Under the pieces are notes generated by a model. The model ran no database searches. It was not told where the DNA came from and was given only the letters and a program-made list of their open reading frames with translations. A stretch of 50,091 bases of DNA from Minisyncoccota bacterium (lineage in GTDB: Bacteria > Patescibacteriota > Minisyncoccia > Phycocordibacterales > JACOZG01): the NCBI GenBank assembly GCA_036517595.1, contig DATDVJ010000032.1, positions 1 through 50,091 on the forward strand. The letters run 5' to 3'. The translations under genes were made by a program, and so were the position numbers. How positions within the stretch are numbered: the first letter of the stretch is position 1; each line of letters begins with the position of its first letter. Positions 29,063 to 38,930 of the stretch are shown here, in pieces.

Positions 29063-30110
29063 TAAGAGTAATAATCATACCGATCACTGCCATAATAATT
29101 CCGATAATCCAATAACGCATAACTATTTTGGCGGGCGACCAACCGATGGCCTCGAAGTGATGGTGAAGCGGGGCAATGCGAAAAACTTTTTTCCCCTGAC
29201 GAAATTTTTTCGACCCTAGTTGAATAACATTCCCGAGCACCGTAGCAAAAAGAGGGAAAGCAATAATCGGTAGGGTCACGACCGATTCGGTTAAGAAAAC
29301 AATAATCGTCAGTGTCGTCGTCAACCCAAGAATTCCCGTCTCCGACATATAGAATCGGGCCGGCGGAATATTGAACCACAAGAAAGCTAAGATTGCCCCG
29401 GTCACGACGGCACAGAAAGCCGCGAGATCAATCTGATTTTGGAAAAAGGCGATACCAGTGTAGGCACCGAAAATAATGGCCATCACTCCCCCCGCCAAAC
29501 CGTCTAGGCCGTCAATGACACTGCTCGAGAAAAGAAAAATCATTATCAAAACGAAAAAGGGAATGATTAGCCAACCAATCGAGAGTTCACCACTGAAAGG
29601 GATATCGATTGAGGAACGTTCGAGTTTGAAATAAAACCATAATGCTCCTAGAATTCCTAAGAGAGTCACGAGAAGGAGTCGTTTGCGGAAAGAGAGTCCC
29701 CCAGCCACATATCTTCCCTTACCACTTATCTCAAGCCAATCATCGGCCAAACCAATTAGCGAAGCCATGATTAAAGTGAAAAGAGGTAACCAAGTCTGAT
29801 TACGACTTAAGAAATTTAATTTTTCGGTCACCGGTGTTGGATAAAAAACAGCGATGAGAGCAAAAAGTAGAGTAACCAGTCCAACGGTGGCCCAAATAAT
29901 TATCCCGCCCAAGCGAGGAGTCCCGACATCGCGATCGTGGTGAAGTTGATCGAAGATCGGTGTAGGCTGACCATCTGGCGCCACCTTGCCCGCTCGCTTT
30001 TTCCACATTCGATGCTGGTATAAGTAATGGGTTAGAATTGGCGTAATCGCCACCCCGATGAAGAAGGCCACCGTGGAAGGAGCAAAAACTTTTACCACAT
30101 CGATAATCAT
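29052..30110 (-). CDS. mraY: Phospho-N-acetylmuramoyl-pentapeptide transferase MraY
   Basis: GLADD, VIDGLDGLAGG and APLHHHFE motifs. Confidence 0.95.
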   Translation of the reverse strand: MIIDVVKVFAPSTVAFFIGVAITPILTHYLYQHRMWKKRAGKVAPDGQPTPIFDQLHHDRDVGTPRLGGIIIWATVGLVTLLFALIAVFYPTPVTEKLNFLSRNQTWLPLFTLIMASLIGLADDWLEISGKGRYVAGGLSFRKRLLLVTLLGILGALWFYFKLERSSIDIPFSGELSIGWLIIPFFVLIMIFLFSSSVIDGLDGLAGGVMAIIFGAYTGIAFFQNQIDLAAFCAVVTGAILAFLWFNIPPARFYMSETGILGLTTTLTIIVFLTESVVTLPIIAFPLFATVLGNVIQLGSKKFRQGKKVFRIAPLHHHFEAIGWSPAKIVMRYWIIGIIMAVIGMIITLIGR

Positions 30111-30979
30111 GATAATAGATAAGTCTTAATCACCGTGTCCACTAAAGACTTCACATCGGTAAAACGCCCCGACTCGGTTGAGCCCAAAACAACAATCACC
30201 ACGGGCTGATTCAATCCACGGTCGAAAGCGATGGCCAGAGTCCCCGCCGCCGCATCAGTAAAACCAGTTTTTGATCCCAAAAGGCCGGGCAGATCTGATA
30301 AGATTTCATTGGTGTTCTCGAAGCGATGACGCAGGCCTTCAACCGTTGGCACTTCAATCTCCTTAAATCTGGTCGACGCTAGCAACTCTGGCCGAAACGA
30401 GAGGATGTAAACGAATAGGTGTGCGATATCATAAACTGAACTGTATGATCCGGCCGCGCCACTATTGAGGTCAAGACCAGTCGAATTAGTGAAGACTGTT
30501 TGAGCGAGATTGAGTCTCTTGGCTTCAGCATTCATCGCCGTCACCAGATCTTGGCCAATTGAATCTTGAGTAGCAGTAGCCAAAGCTAGTGCCCCATTAT
30601 TGGAAGAACTTATGAGGGTCAAGGCCACTAAATCCTTGAGTTGATAATGACGATCGGGAAGATCGGGGAATTGAACGATCGTTGACTCTGGTAGAAATTC
30701 GGAGGCCACGAGCGCCGACATCACTTTAGTGAGAGAAGCAATGGGCAAGCGTTCGTGTTCACTCTTAGCATAAAGCACTCGACCAATGTCCGGTTCGTAG
30801 ACAAATGCCGCCTTCGCCTCAATTGAGAGTGAGTCAAAGAGATTAACCGCGACCGGCTGTGGTAAAACATACGCTTGAAACCAAGTAAAATTATCTAGCT
30901 CTAACCAGAGACCGTAAGAGGCAGACAGAATCGCCACGGCTGCGAGAAAATGCTGGATGAATGGTGAAATCGTTTTCAT
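30107..30979 (-). CDS. D-alanyl-D-alanine carboxypeptidase (S11, PBP5-like)
   Basis: SxxK (IASLTKV), SxN (SSNN) and KTG (SKTGFT) motifs, plus an N-terminal anchor. Confidence 0.8.
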   Translation of the reverse strand: MKTISPFIQHFLAAVAILSASYGLWLELDNFTWFQAYVLPQPVAVNLFDSLSIEAKAAFVYEPDIGRVLYAKSEHERLPIASLTKVMSALVASEFLPESTIVQFPDLPDRHYQLKDLVALTLISSSNNGALALATATQDSIGQDLVTAMNAEAKRLNLAQTVFTNSTGLDLNSGAAGSYSSVYDIAHLFVYILSFRPELLASTRFKEIEVPTVEGLRHRFENTNEILSDLPGLLGSKTGFTDAAAGTLAIAFDRGLNQPVVIVVLGSTESGRFTDVKSLVDTVIKTYLLS

Positions 30980-31512
30980 ACGGTAATAGAGTTAGTGGTA
31001 ATTTCTCTAAGTTTATCAACCACTCGACGATAATCTGGCAATTCCGAAATTTCCTTAACTCCGAGCCAAGAGAGAAGCTTGAAGGTGGGACGATAAAGGA
31101 AACCGCGAGCATCTGCTGGATTAGTGATCTTATTGATCAAACCACGTACTAAGAGATTACGGAGAATGAAACTCGAATTAACGCCGCGAGTATAATCAAT
31201 CTCGGCGCGGGTAACAGGCCCACGATAAAGTACGATGGTTAAAGTCTCGAGTCCAGCCTTCCCAATATCGCGCGCCAGTTCATCTTTAGTCAACTGTTCA
31301 ATCAATCCCCCCATTGCCGGCGCTGTACCTAGCATCACCTCATCGCCATTGCGTACCAAAACAATCCCCCGACCGTTCAGTTGAATCGTAAGCGTTTCGA
31401 GAGCTTGAGCAATCTCATGCTCGTCGCGCGAGAGCGATCGAGCGAGATCAGCCACGGTCAGCGGTTCTGCCTTCCAAAAAAGAATGGCCTCGATTTTAGC
31501 CGTTAAATCCAT
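30976..31512 (-). CDS. scpB: Segregation and condensation protein B
   Basis: EAILFWKAEPLTV..L..... and LETLTIVLYRGPVTRAEIDYTRGVNS match the ScpB tandem wHTH. Confidence 0.9.
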   Translation of the reverse strand: MDLTAKIEAILFWKAEPLTVADLARSLSRDEHEIAQALETLTIQLNGRGIVLVRNGDEVMLGTAPAMGGLIEQLTKDELARDIGKAGLETLTIVLYRGPVTRAEIDYTRGVNSSFILRNLLVRGLINKITNPADARGFLYRPTFKLLSWLGVKEISELPDYRRVVDKLREITTNSITV

Positions 31513-31566
31513 GTCAAATTCATGATAATAATAAGTGAGACAAATTATAACCTGAAAAGGCGGATC

Positions 31567-32298
31567 TTAGCCATAGCGCGGCGTGTTTGAATCTCTGGTC
31601 TCAATCTTAATATCGGAGAAATGCCCAGGTTGAGTGACACTCACCAGGCCTTGTTTAAAAAGTTCGAGGAGAGCGAGAAAACTAACGATAACACTTATTT
31701 TATCACTTTTATCTTTTACAAAATCTTTAAAACTCATCGACAACACCGATTCCATTCGGCGCGTGAGATCAGCGATCACTGATTCGATACTGATCAAACG
31801 TTTGACCGAAGTGGTTGGCAAAATTTCAGTTTTAGGTAAATTACGAACCAGTTGTTCTATCACTAAGTGTAGGGCCGGTAGGGTAATTTCTGGGGTTGGC
31901 GAAAAAATTGGGTTCACCACTCGCTGTCGCGGATCGCGATAAAAAATTAGTGGCGTCGCCAAGGCTTCTCTAACGAACGAGCTGGTTTCTCGAATCAACT
32001 GATAGAGCTTAAGTCGGCGCTCGAGATCACCAATCTGTTCTTCTTCTTCACTGGTTACCGGCAAAGTGGGGAGAAGCGAGATCGATTTGATTAATATTAG
32101 AGTTGAAGCGATGACGACGAAATTGCCAAGAATTTCCATGGTCGGACGCGGAAGTTCCTTAAGATATTCAAGGAAACTGTCGGCCACAGTGGCAAGGGAA
32201 ATTTTATTGATCTGAAGTTCTCGCTCCTCAACAAGTTTGAGTAGGAGATCGAGCGGCCCCTCAAATTCTCCAACTCGAACGGCAAAAGTCTCGGGCAT
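31567..32298 (-). CDS. scpA: Segregation and condensation protein A
   Basis: FEGPLDLLLKLVEERELQINKISLATVADSF is the ScpA kleisin N-terminus. Confidence 0.9.
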   Translation of the reverse strand: MPETFAVRVGEFEGPLDLLLKLVEERELQINKISLATVADSFLEYLKELPRPTMEILGNFVVIASTLILIKSISLLPTLPVTSEEEEQIGDLERRLKLYQLIRETSSFVREALATPLIFYRDPRQRVVNPIFSPTPEITLPALHLVIEQLVRNLPKTEILPTTSVKRLISIESVIADLTRRMESVLSMSFKDFVKDKSDKISVIVSFLALLELFKQGLVSVTQPGHFSDIKIETRDSNTPRYG

Positions 32299-32450
32299 TG
32301 CCCCTAAATTTTACCCGACTTAGCCCTATTTCGATAGCTTGACAAACAATGCTTTGAATGCTAGCTTGAATTTGGATTTAGCAAAAAAGTTGAGATAACG
32401 TGTCTCAATAAATCGCACCTTCACAACTCAAAACAGAAGGAGAATTATCG

Positions 32451-33701
32451 ATGTACGACCCCTATGCTGGATTCACCAAGACCGTTCTCTCGAACGGGCT
32501 TGAAGTCCATTCCGTATTTTGGGATCGCCCCTGGATTGGGATGATCGTAGTCGTTCATAGTGGTGGCAGAGAAGATCCAGTGGCAATGCCGGGACTAGCC
32601 CACTTTGTGGAGCATCTTGTCAGCCAAAACATTCCTGACCGAGAATTCGATTCGACGAAAGAGTTCTTCGAGACTTGCGGTGGACTAGTGGAATTTGGTA
32701 TCACTAACTACCTTTCGACTCGATACAAGTTCGCTGTTCCAGCTCATCTCGCTACCTTCAGCGAAGCTCTGGTGATTTTCGGCTCAATGCTCCTCGGAGC
32801 TAAACTTGAGAAAAAGGTGGAGCGTGAGCGCAAGGTTATTTTCCGAGAATTCAACTGGCGATACCCATTCCTCGAGCAGTTGGATTGGGACATGGGCATC
32901 CGGCGCGCTTTGTTTAAAGGACATCGGCTTGAGACGTGGAATAGACCGCTCGGTCGACCAGAGGGTTTTCTTTCCGTCACGGAAGCTGACCTTCAAGGTT
33001 TCTACGACCGGCACTATGTTCCGACGAACATGAGCTTAGTGATCATTGGTGGTCTTCCGACTGAAGCAGTGATCGCTAGACTCGAAGAGAGTCCTTTCGG
33101 GAGACAAAAGGTTGGCACAAGGAATTCAATTCCACAGCCATTCAATCAATTTCCAGTTCCGATAGAACGAGCTAAGACTGTAAAGCTTTCCGACTACATT
33201 AGCCTTAAGATTGACCAGACAGAATATAAAGCGACTTGGGCTTTCCCTGCTGATTTTCCCCGGCAGGCCCGCCGAGTGTTCGATCAAATGCTTAGGAAGA
33301 TTCTGTTCGATGAGATCCGTGAGAAGCGTGGCCTCGCTTACAACATCGGCACAGACTATACTGGCTTCCATGATGTCTACGAATACGAGATCAAAGGAAT
33401 AATCAGTCCGGACGCTACCCCTTATATCAACGAGCTTGTCCGTAAATGCATCTCGATGATTCCACAGAGACGGGATCTTTTCGATCGAAAACGGCGGTCT
33501 TGCCTCCAGCAATGTCTGATGACTGATGTTTCGGGATCGGACCTAGCCAATAACTCAGCCGGAGATTTAGCTTCTCATCATCGAATTATCCCGATTCAGG
33601 AAATCTTGGAGGAGCTCAATCTGGTCACTTATAGACAGATGACCGAAGCAACCGTCCTCCTCAGCCCTGAACGACAGTATACCTTCATCACTTGTCCTTG
33701 A
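32451..33701 (+). CDS. M16-family (pitrilysin/insulinase-like) zinc peptidase
   Basis: Inverted zinc motif HFVEHL (HxxEH) followed by a downstream E. Confidence 0.8.
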   Translation: MYDPYAGFTKTVLSNGLEVHSVFWDRPWIGMIVVVHSGGREDPVAMPGLAHFVEHLVSQNIPDREFDSTKEFFETCGGLVEFGITNYLSTRYKFAVPAHLATFSEALVIFGSMLLGAKLEKKVERERKVIFREFNWRYPFLEQLDWDMGIRRALFKGHRLETWNRPLGRPEGFLSVTEADLQGFYDRHYVPTNMSLVIIGGLPTEAVIARLEESPFGRQKVGTRNSIPQPFNQFPVPIERAKTVKLSDYISLKIDQTEYKATWAFPADFPRQARRVFDQMLRKILFDEIREKRGLAYNIGTDYTGFHDVYEYEIKGIISPDATPYINELVRKCISMIPQRRDLFDRKRRSCLQQCLMTDVSGSDLANNSAGDLASHHRIIPIQEILEELNLVTYRQMTEATVLLSPERQYTFITCP

Positions 33702-33732
33702 GGAGAAAAAGAAGAGACCACAGTAAAATATG

Positions 33733-35172
33733 TCAAGGCTTAGCCTTGACATTAAGCGCCCTCTCCGGGGGGCGCTTTTTTTTCTCTTCGAGAATTTTGA
33801 TTCCTAATTCTTTCAATTGCGCGGGGTCAACAGATGCTGGTGCATTCATCATTAAATCTTTCCCCTCCCCTGTCTTGGGGAAAGCAATCACTTCGCGGAT
33901 ATTGGGCTCACCAGCGAGGAGCGCGAGCAAGCGATCAAGCCCCCAAGCAATACCGCCGTGTGGCGGCGCGCCAGACGCAAGGGCGTGGAGCATGTGGCCG
34001 AAATCACTTTCAATTTTTTCTTTAGCATAACCGAGAATTTCGAAGACCGCGCGGAGAGCTTCCGACTCGTGATTGCGGATACTCCCCCCGCCAATCTCGA
34101 AACCGTTCAGTGTGACATCGTATTGGGTCGTCTTAATCTCACCTAGCTTCTCTTGCTTCAAGAGCCATGACAAATGCTCTGGTGTCGGCGCCGAGAAGGG
34201 GTTGTGAGTGAAGGTCCAACCGCCATCAGTCTTCTCGAAGAAGGGGAAGTCGATCACCCAACAGAAAGCGAGTAAATTTGGATCCGTTTTATTTTCTCTC
34301 AAATCTGGCCGATCGGTGCCATACTTACTCATCGCTTCGTCGTAGGTTAGACAAGGGAAGGGTAAAGTTTGAATCTTCTTCTTTGGCACCAACTTTTTCA
34401 CAATCTCAATCAGCAGTGCTTCATTGAGTGCCATCACCTCCTCGCGATTGACGAAGCTCATCTCCAGGTCAAGCTGGGTGAATTCCGGTTGGCGGTCACC
34501 GCGAGTATCTTCATCACGGAAGCAACGAGCAATTTGAAAGTAGCGCTCCAAACCCGCCACCATTAGCAGTTGCTTATATTGTTGCGGCGATTGCGGCAAA
34601 GCGTAGAAGAAGCCGGCAAAGAGTCGTGAAGGAACGAGATAATCCCGCGCCCCTTCCGGCGTCGACTTGGTGAGAATCGGTGTCTCCACCTCGGTAAAAC
34701 TTCGCTCATCCAGATAGTCTCGGATCAGTTTAATCACATGATGACGCAGACGGAGATTCGCCTGAAGGCGCGGTCGACGCAAATCCAAATAACGATACTT
34801 CAAACGAATCGCCTCACTAATCTCCCGCCCATCACTTATAAGATCAAAAAGGGGGGTCTTGGCTTCATTCAAAATTTTAATTTCTTTAGCCACCAGTTCA
34901 ATATCGCCATTCTGGATCTCTAAATTGATCATCTTGTCTGGTCGCTTATTGATCTGCCCGACAACCTCAATCACCCATTCCGGGCGAAGGCGATCCGCCA
35001 AAGTGTGAGTCTCAATCTCATTCGGTAAAGCGACCACTTGCACCGAGCCACTTCGATCGCGAACATCGAAGAAGATAAGCTTACCGTGATCCCGCCGCAC
35101 GCTGACCCAACCCATAACCTTCGCCGTCTCCCCTATTTGTTTATCCAACGTCCCAATCATTGTGCGTTCCAT
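33733..35172 (-). CDS. aspS: Aspartate--tRNA ligase, bacterial type but lacking the GAD insertion domain
   Basis: OB-fold N-terminus, motif 2 FQIARCFRDEDTRGDRQPEFTQLDLEMSF, motif 3 GGIAWGLDRL. DRPDLRENKTDPNLLAFCWVIDFPFF joins directly where E. coli AspRS carries about 130 aa. The last 16 aa or so are read-through of the opposing terminator. Confidence 0.9.
   Translation of the reverse strand: MERTMIGTLDKQIGETAKVMGWVSVRRDHGKLIFFDVRDRSGSVQVVALPNEIETHTLADRLRPEWVIEVVGQINKRPDKMINLEIQNGDIELVAKEIKILNEAKTPLFDLISDGREISEAIRLKYRYLDLRRPRLQANLRLRHHVIKLIRDYLDERSFTEVETPILTKSTPEGARDYLVPSRLFAGFFYALPQSPQQYKQLLMVAGLERYFQIARCFRDEDTRGDRQPEFTQLDLEMSFVNREEVMALNEALLIEIVKKLVPKKKIQTLPFPCLTYDEAMSKYGTDRPDLRENKTDPNLLAFCWVIDFPFFEKTDGGWTFTHNPFSAPTPEHLSWLLKQEKLGEIKTTQYDVTLNGFEIGGGSIRNHESEALRAVFEILGYAKEKIESDFGHMLHALASGAPPHGGIAWGLDRLLALLAGEPNIREVIAFPKTGEGKDLMMNAPASVDPAQLKELGIKILEEKKKRPPERALNVKAKP
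33755..33783 (+). terminator. Rho-independent terminator of the M16 gene
   Basis: AGCGCCC-loop-GGGCGCT is followed by T8. It is preceded by a second perfect hairpin, TGTCAAGGC-TTA-GCCTTGACA (33731-33751), which contains the aspS stop codon. Confidence 0.7.
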
Positions 35173-35189
35173 AATAACTTATTTATAAC

Positions 35190-35225
35190 ATAAAAAACTC
35201 CGAGCCACCACTTTGGTTCGGAGTT
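35190..35225 (-). terminator. Rho-independent terminator after the M23-domain gene
   Basis: On the minus strand, AACTCCGAACCA-loop-TGGCTCGGAGTT is followed by TTTTT. It lies between stop 35250 and the aspS start at 35172. Confidence 0.6.
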
Positions 35226-35249
35226 AAGAAAAAAAGAAAGGAGAGAAAA

Positions 35250-36389
35250 TCAATCGAGGTCATTGGGTTCAACCGCGTGCCAGTCACCAAGATATCTATC
35301 CACTATCGGTTCGTAGCCGATAGTGAAACGGCTAAGAGGATTCTCCTGATTGGTGGCATGAACAAAGCAGACTGGAACAGTTCCCGTCCCGTGATCGAAA
35401 CAAAGGGATCGTAGGTCGTAGGCCGCCGATAAATCAGTTCCAAGATCGATGAAAGTTTCCATTCTGATTCTCGTTAAGCCGGCTAATTCGGCCATCCGAA
35501 TCATGTCCTCTCGTGCTCGAGAAGCTTGAAAATGATTTCCGGGAACAACAATGGTAAGGACGCAATCTCGCCAAGGTTTGATTCTGAAGTTACCACCCGG
35601 ACTAAAAACTAGACTGCCCGAAAAATCCCAGATCCATCTTTTAGCCGGACCTCCATCAACCTCAATACTAGGATCAATCCAACCTGCTCCAATCGCCGAG
35701 AAAAGCGAGAGCGTTTTACCACCAGAAGTGACATAAGTTAAGGCTCCCGGAGCATAACCTGGAAGTTTAACCCTTTCGTCATTGGCAACAAATAATGAAT
35801 TGGCGAAAAGATTCACGCTAACTTTGGTGGCTCGATCGTCAATGAATAGGGATGGATCAAGATATTTCCGGACCGTGGCAATGGTTAATGTCGGAGAGTA
35901 ATTCGAACTCATTGTCTGATTCACTCGACGGAGTTCGAAATGGAGATGGGCCGCTCCCGCATAATAACTATTAGCATCCCCGATCTTGCCTAAAGGTTTG
36001 GCGGGGAAAACAAGCTCGTTTATTTTTACCAGAATTTTACTCAGGTGGAAATAATACGAGTACACCACTTGGTTATCTGGCAACAAATGCTTGATTACCA
36101 CCACCTTACCGACAGAACCTTTCTGGATGGGATCAAGAACTTTCACCACTTTCCCCGCGGCCATTGGATAAACCGGTTTGCCGTAATCGGTGCTGCCGCC
36201 CTTGTTACCATTCCAATCTTCACCCATGTGGTACTTATTCTTGTAGAGCGCCAGGAAGGGACTAGCATTGTAGTAACCAGATGCTGGCCGTACGGGGAGA
36301 CTGAAATCCATTGCCACGGGTTGAGCCATTACCTCACAAATCGAACCAAAAAACGCCAGACAGACTGAACAGAAAATATAATTTCTCAT
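35250..36389 (-). CDS. Secreted M23-peptidase-domain protein with a C-terminal region of unknown function
   Basis: Signal peptide, then HMGEDWNG...GKVVKV...VVIKH...YYFHLS...AAHLHFELR. The C-terminal 200 aa or so are unassigned. Confidence 0.7.
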   Translation of the reverse strand: MRNYIFCSVCLAFFGSICEVMAQPVAMDFSLPVRPASGYYNASPFLALYKNKYHMGEDWNGNKGGSTDYGKPVYPMAAGKVVKVLDPIQKGSVGKVVVIKHLLPDNQVVYSYYFHLSKILVKINELVFPAKPLGKIGDANSYYAGAAHLHFELRRVNQTMSSNYSPTLTIATVRKYLDPSLFIDDRATKVSVNLFANSLFVANDERVKLPGYAPGALTYVTSGGKTLSLFSAIGAGWIDPSIEVDGGPAKRWIWDFSGSLVFSPGGNFRIKPWRDCVLTIVVPGNHFQASRAREDMIRMAELAGLTRIRMETFIDLGTDLSAAYDLRSLCFDHGTGTVPVCFVHATNQENPLSRFTIGYEPIVDRYLGDWHAVEPNDLD

Positions 36390-36489
36390 TCTCTTACCTT
36401 TCTTAAATCAAAGAACTATTTTTGAAAACAAAACGCCAACCTTAATCTTACACAAATTCAGAAATTTTTACCACTACCAAAACAACTCT

Positions 36490-37002
36490 TTATTTGAAGA
36501 ATTTAAAAGTGAAAAGGATAGTTTTAATAATTTTATCGTCTTCTTCTTGGGCAAACATTGATTTCATAAAATAATATACCAGGTCACCTTTTTCAAAATA
36601 AATATCATAAGTAGTATCTGATAAATTAATCATGTTTATACCATTAACCACAAGATTTTTAACTTCCGGACGGGGAAAAATTCTATCTAAAACATCGATG
36701 GCGATAGTGCCATTAAAAACACCTAGGCCGACAATTTCTACCCCTTTATTTATGAACGAAAAATATAAATTCTCTAGATCTGTTTGTTTAGAAACATTAA
36801 CCTCCCAATCTACTGGGTATTTTACTTCAAAGCCATACTTTTCATTTCGATAAGTGAGCCATTCGTTAACATTTGGAATAAGAGAGTCTTGGAGACTCAA
36901 CGGGATGGTTCCCGTTCGGTTCTCCAGATGATTCACTACGGCGTAGAGAGAAAGGACGAGTGCGAAAACAAGAAATAATGTGGCTTTCTTTGTTTTGGTC
37001 AT
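36490..37002 (-). CDS. Hypothetical membrane-anchored/secreted protein
   Basis: N-terminal TM segment (ATLFLVFALVLSLYAV), a 4-nt overlap with the trpS stop, and YRNEKYGFEVKYPVDWEV beta-rich repeats. No family assigned. Confidence 0.5.
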   Translation of the reverse strand: MTKTKKATLFLVFALVLSLYAVVNHLENRTGTIPLSLQDSLIPNVNEWLTYRNEKYGFEVKYPVDWEVNVSKQTDLENLYFSFINKGVEIVGLGVFNGTIAIDVLDRIFPRPEVKNLVVNGINMINLSDTTYDIYFEKGDLVYYFMKSMFAQEEDDKIIKTILFTFKFFK

Positions 37003-37967
37003 AGGCCGGCGAATTCACGCACTTTCATCATCTTCGCCTTCGCCACCGAGCGGGCCGCGACCGCGCCCCGCTCCAGAATAGTCACCACCTCTTCTGACCG
37101 ACTAGCAATTTCTGCTCGCTTCGCTCGCAATGGTTCAAGATAACGATTCATGTTTTCGAAGAGAATCTCTTTTGATTCGCGATAACCAATTGCCCCTTCC
37201 ACATAACGTCGTTTTATTTCAGGTAAATCTCGGTCGGAAAATAATCGGTGCAAAGCGAAGACATTACACTCCTCCGGATTCTTCGGTTCGGCTTCGCCTT
37301 TCGAGTCCGTTTTAACACTCATCACTAATTGCTTGAGTTCGCGCTCGGTGGCAAAAAGTGGAATGGTATTGCGATAACTCTTCGACATCTTCTGGCCGTC
37401 GAGACCAATTACCGTTTTGACTTGATCAAGAATCATTGACTCTGGCAATTTGAAAACTTCACCGAAGGTTCGGTTGAACTTTTCGGCCGTGTCACGAGCG
37501 ATCTCGACATGCTGTTTCTGGTCTTGACCGACCGGCACTAGGTCAGGATCATAAAGAAGAATATCGGCGGCCATGAGTAAGGGATAGGTGAAGACGCCGA
37601 CATTGACCTCACGATTCTTCGCCTCGGCATCTTTGAAGGCGTGGGCGCGAGCGAGATAGGGCATCGTCGTTAAACAGTTGAAAATCCAAGCGAGCTCGGT
37701 GTGAGACGGTACATCGGATTGTTTGAAGATAGTGACCTTTTCGGAATCAAGGCCAATCGCCAGATAATCCATCGCCACATTGAGCGTATCTTGATGGAGT
37801 TCGACCGCGTCAGTGACACTTGTCAACGCGTGGAGATCCGCAATCATGATGAAAGAACGGTATTCATTCTGAAGATCCACGAACTGCTTCATTGCGCCAA
37901 AATAATTGCCGATATGTGGGCGACCGGTTGGCTTCACACCAGAAAGAATGATTTTTTGCTCAAGCAC
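36999..37967 (-). CDS. trpS: Tryptophan--tRNA ligase
   Basis: SGVKPTGRPHIGNYFG (HIGH) and KMSKS, in a 322-aa class Ic enzyme. Confidence 0.95.
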   Translation of the reverse strand: MLEQKIILSGVKPTGRPHIGNYFGAMKQFVDLQNEYRSFIMIADLHALTSVTDAVELHQDTLNVAMDYLAIGLDSEKVTIFKQSDVPSHTELAWIFNCLTTMPYLARAHAFKDAEAKNREVNVGVFTYPLLMAADILLYDPDLVPVGQDQKQHVEIARDTAEKFNRTFGEVFKLPESMILDQVKTVIGLDGQKMSKSYRNTIPLFATERELKQLVMSVKTDSKGEAEPKNPEECNVFALHRLFSDRDLPEIKRRYVEGAIGYRESKEILFENMNRYLEPLRAKRAEIASRSEEVVTILERGAVAARSVAKAKMMKVREFAGL

Positions 37968-38007
37968 AGTAAAATTTATGATAGCAAATTACGCCCCAGT
38001 CACCCTA

Positions 38008-38036
38008 TTGACAAGAATATGCTTATCTGCTAGGAT
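38008..38036 (+). promoter_or_regulatory. Putative promoter TTGACA-N17-TAGGAT (with TGC extended -10) for the PEP-CTERM gene
   Basis: TTGACA at 38008-38013 and TAGGAT at 38031-38036. An SD-like TGGAGA sits before the ATG at 38099. Confidence 0.4.
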
Positions 38037-38098
38037 CACATCGATGGCCTGTCGTGTGACCGGCCCAGTGGAAGGTCTTTGATTTTTGGAGACTGCTG

Positions 38099-38851
38099 AT
38101 GAAAAAGAGTGTCGTTTTTACGGCTTTGTTGGGCCTTGTTTTGGGATTTTACTCCCCGATCAAGGCGGGACCGGTGGTAGATCCACCAACCAAGGGAGGA
38201 GGAGATAGTGGCACGAATATTTCGACAAGTAGTTTGTGGGGTTCGGATTGGGCCAATGGTTTTGTGTCGGGGCCCATCGTGGTTCAGGACATGAGCACTG
38301 GGGTCTATGTCAATTCGAACCCAAATCCCGTACCAGGAAATATTGGCTGGTTTGGAGTGAATGTTTGGGCGTCTGGGATGTTTTATAAACCGGGCGACCC
38401 AACACCATCAACTCAAACAATAGGAGCAAGCTCGAGTTTACGGACTAATGAGGTCCATTCGGAACCATGGCCAGACGGTGGAGAAATAATTCTCTTCGAC
38501 CAAACTCTATCTATTGATGCTCGAGGAAATAGTGGTTCTTGGATCAATCTTGAGACTGGCGATTACACGGCATGGCTCTCCGGCAACTTCGATCTCAAAG
38601 GTGGAGTATTCACAAACGTTGATGTCTATCTCAACCAAAAAGAGTGGATTGATACCGGACCGAAACCATCATGGTTCCACGATTGGGATGCCCATATATC
38701 AGCATCCGGGATTATCACTTCACCAATTTTCTCGGTTGCCGTCGTCCCTGAACCAGCAACATTAGGACTATTCGCGATTAGCGGTGCCGCAACACTTCTG
38801 CGTCGCAAACGCAACCGCGCTCGGCATCGCGATCACAATCTGATCGCATAA
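38099..38851 (+). CDS. Secreted protein with a C-terminal PEP-CTERM-type sorting signal
   Basis: Signal peptide MKKSVVFTALLGLVLGF. The C-terminus VPEPATLGLFAISGAATLLRRKRNR gives a PEP motif, a TM helix and a basic cluster. Confidence 0.65.
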   Translation: MKKSVVFTALLGLVLGFYSPIKAGPVVDPPTKGGGDSGTNISTSSLWGSDWANGFVSGPIVVQDMSTGVYVNSNPNPVPGNIGWFGVNVWASGMFYKPGDPTPSTQTIGASSSLRTNEVHSEPWPDGGEIILFDQTLSIDARGNSGSWINLETGDYTAWLSGNFDLKGGVFTNVDVYLNQKEWIDTGPKPSWFHDWDAHISASGIITSPIFSVAVVPEPATLGLFAISGAATLLRRKRNRARHRDHNLIA

Positions 38852-38873
38852 ACTTCTACAAGTAACTCACCCC

Positions 38874-38916
38874 GAACCCCGTTTCTCGATTTCATTTGAG
38901 ACGGGGTTCTTTTTTG
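38874..38916 (+). terminator. Rho-independent terminator
   Basis: GAACCCCGT-loop-ACGGGGTTC is followed by T6. Confidence 0.75.
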
Positions 38917-38930
38917 TCCGCAACCTCTTC

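Noticed and set aside
27950-30110. The dcw fragment order mraY-ftsW-murG lacks murD between mraY and ftsW, and rplU and rpmA are unlinked (16.2 kb versus 23.0 kb)
   Set aside because: These are real observations, but gene-order scrambling is common in reduced genomes. murD may simply lie elsewhere, so this is not informative from one window.
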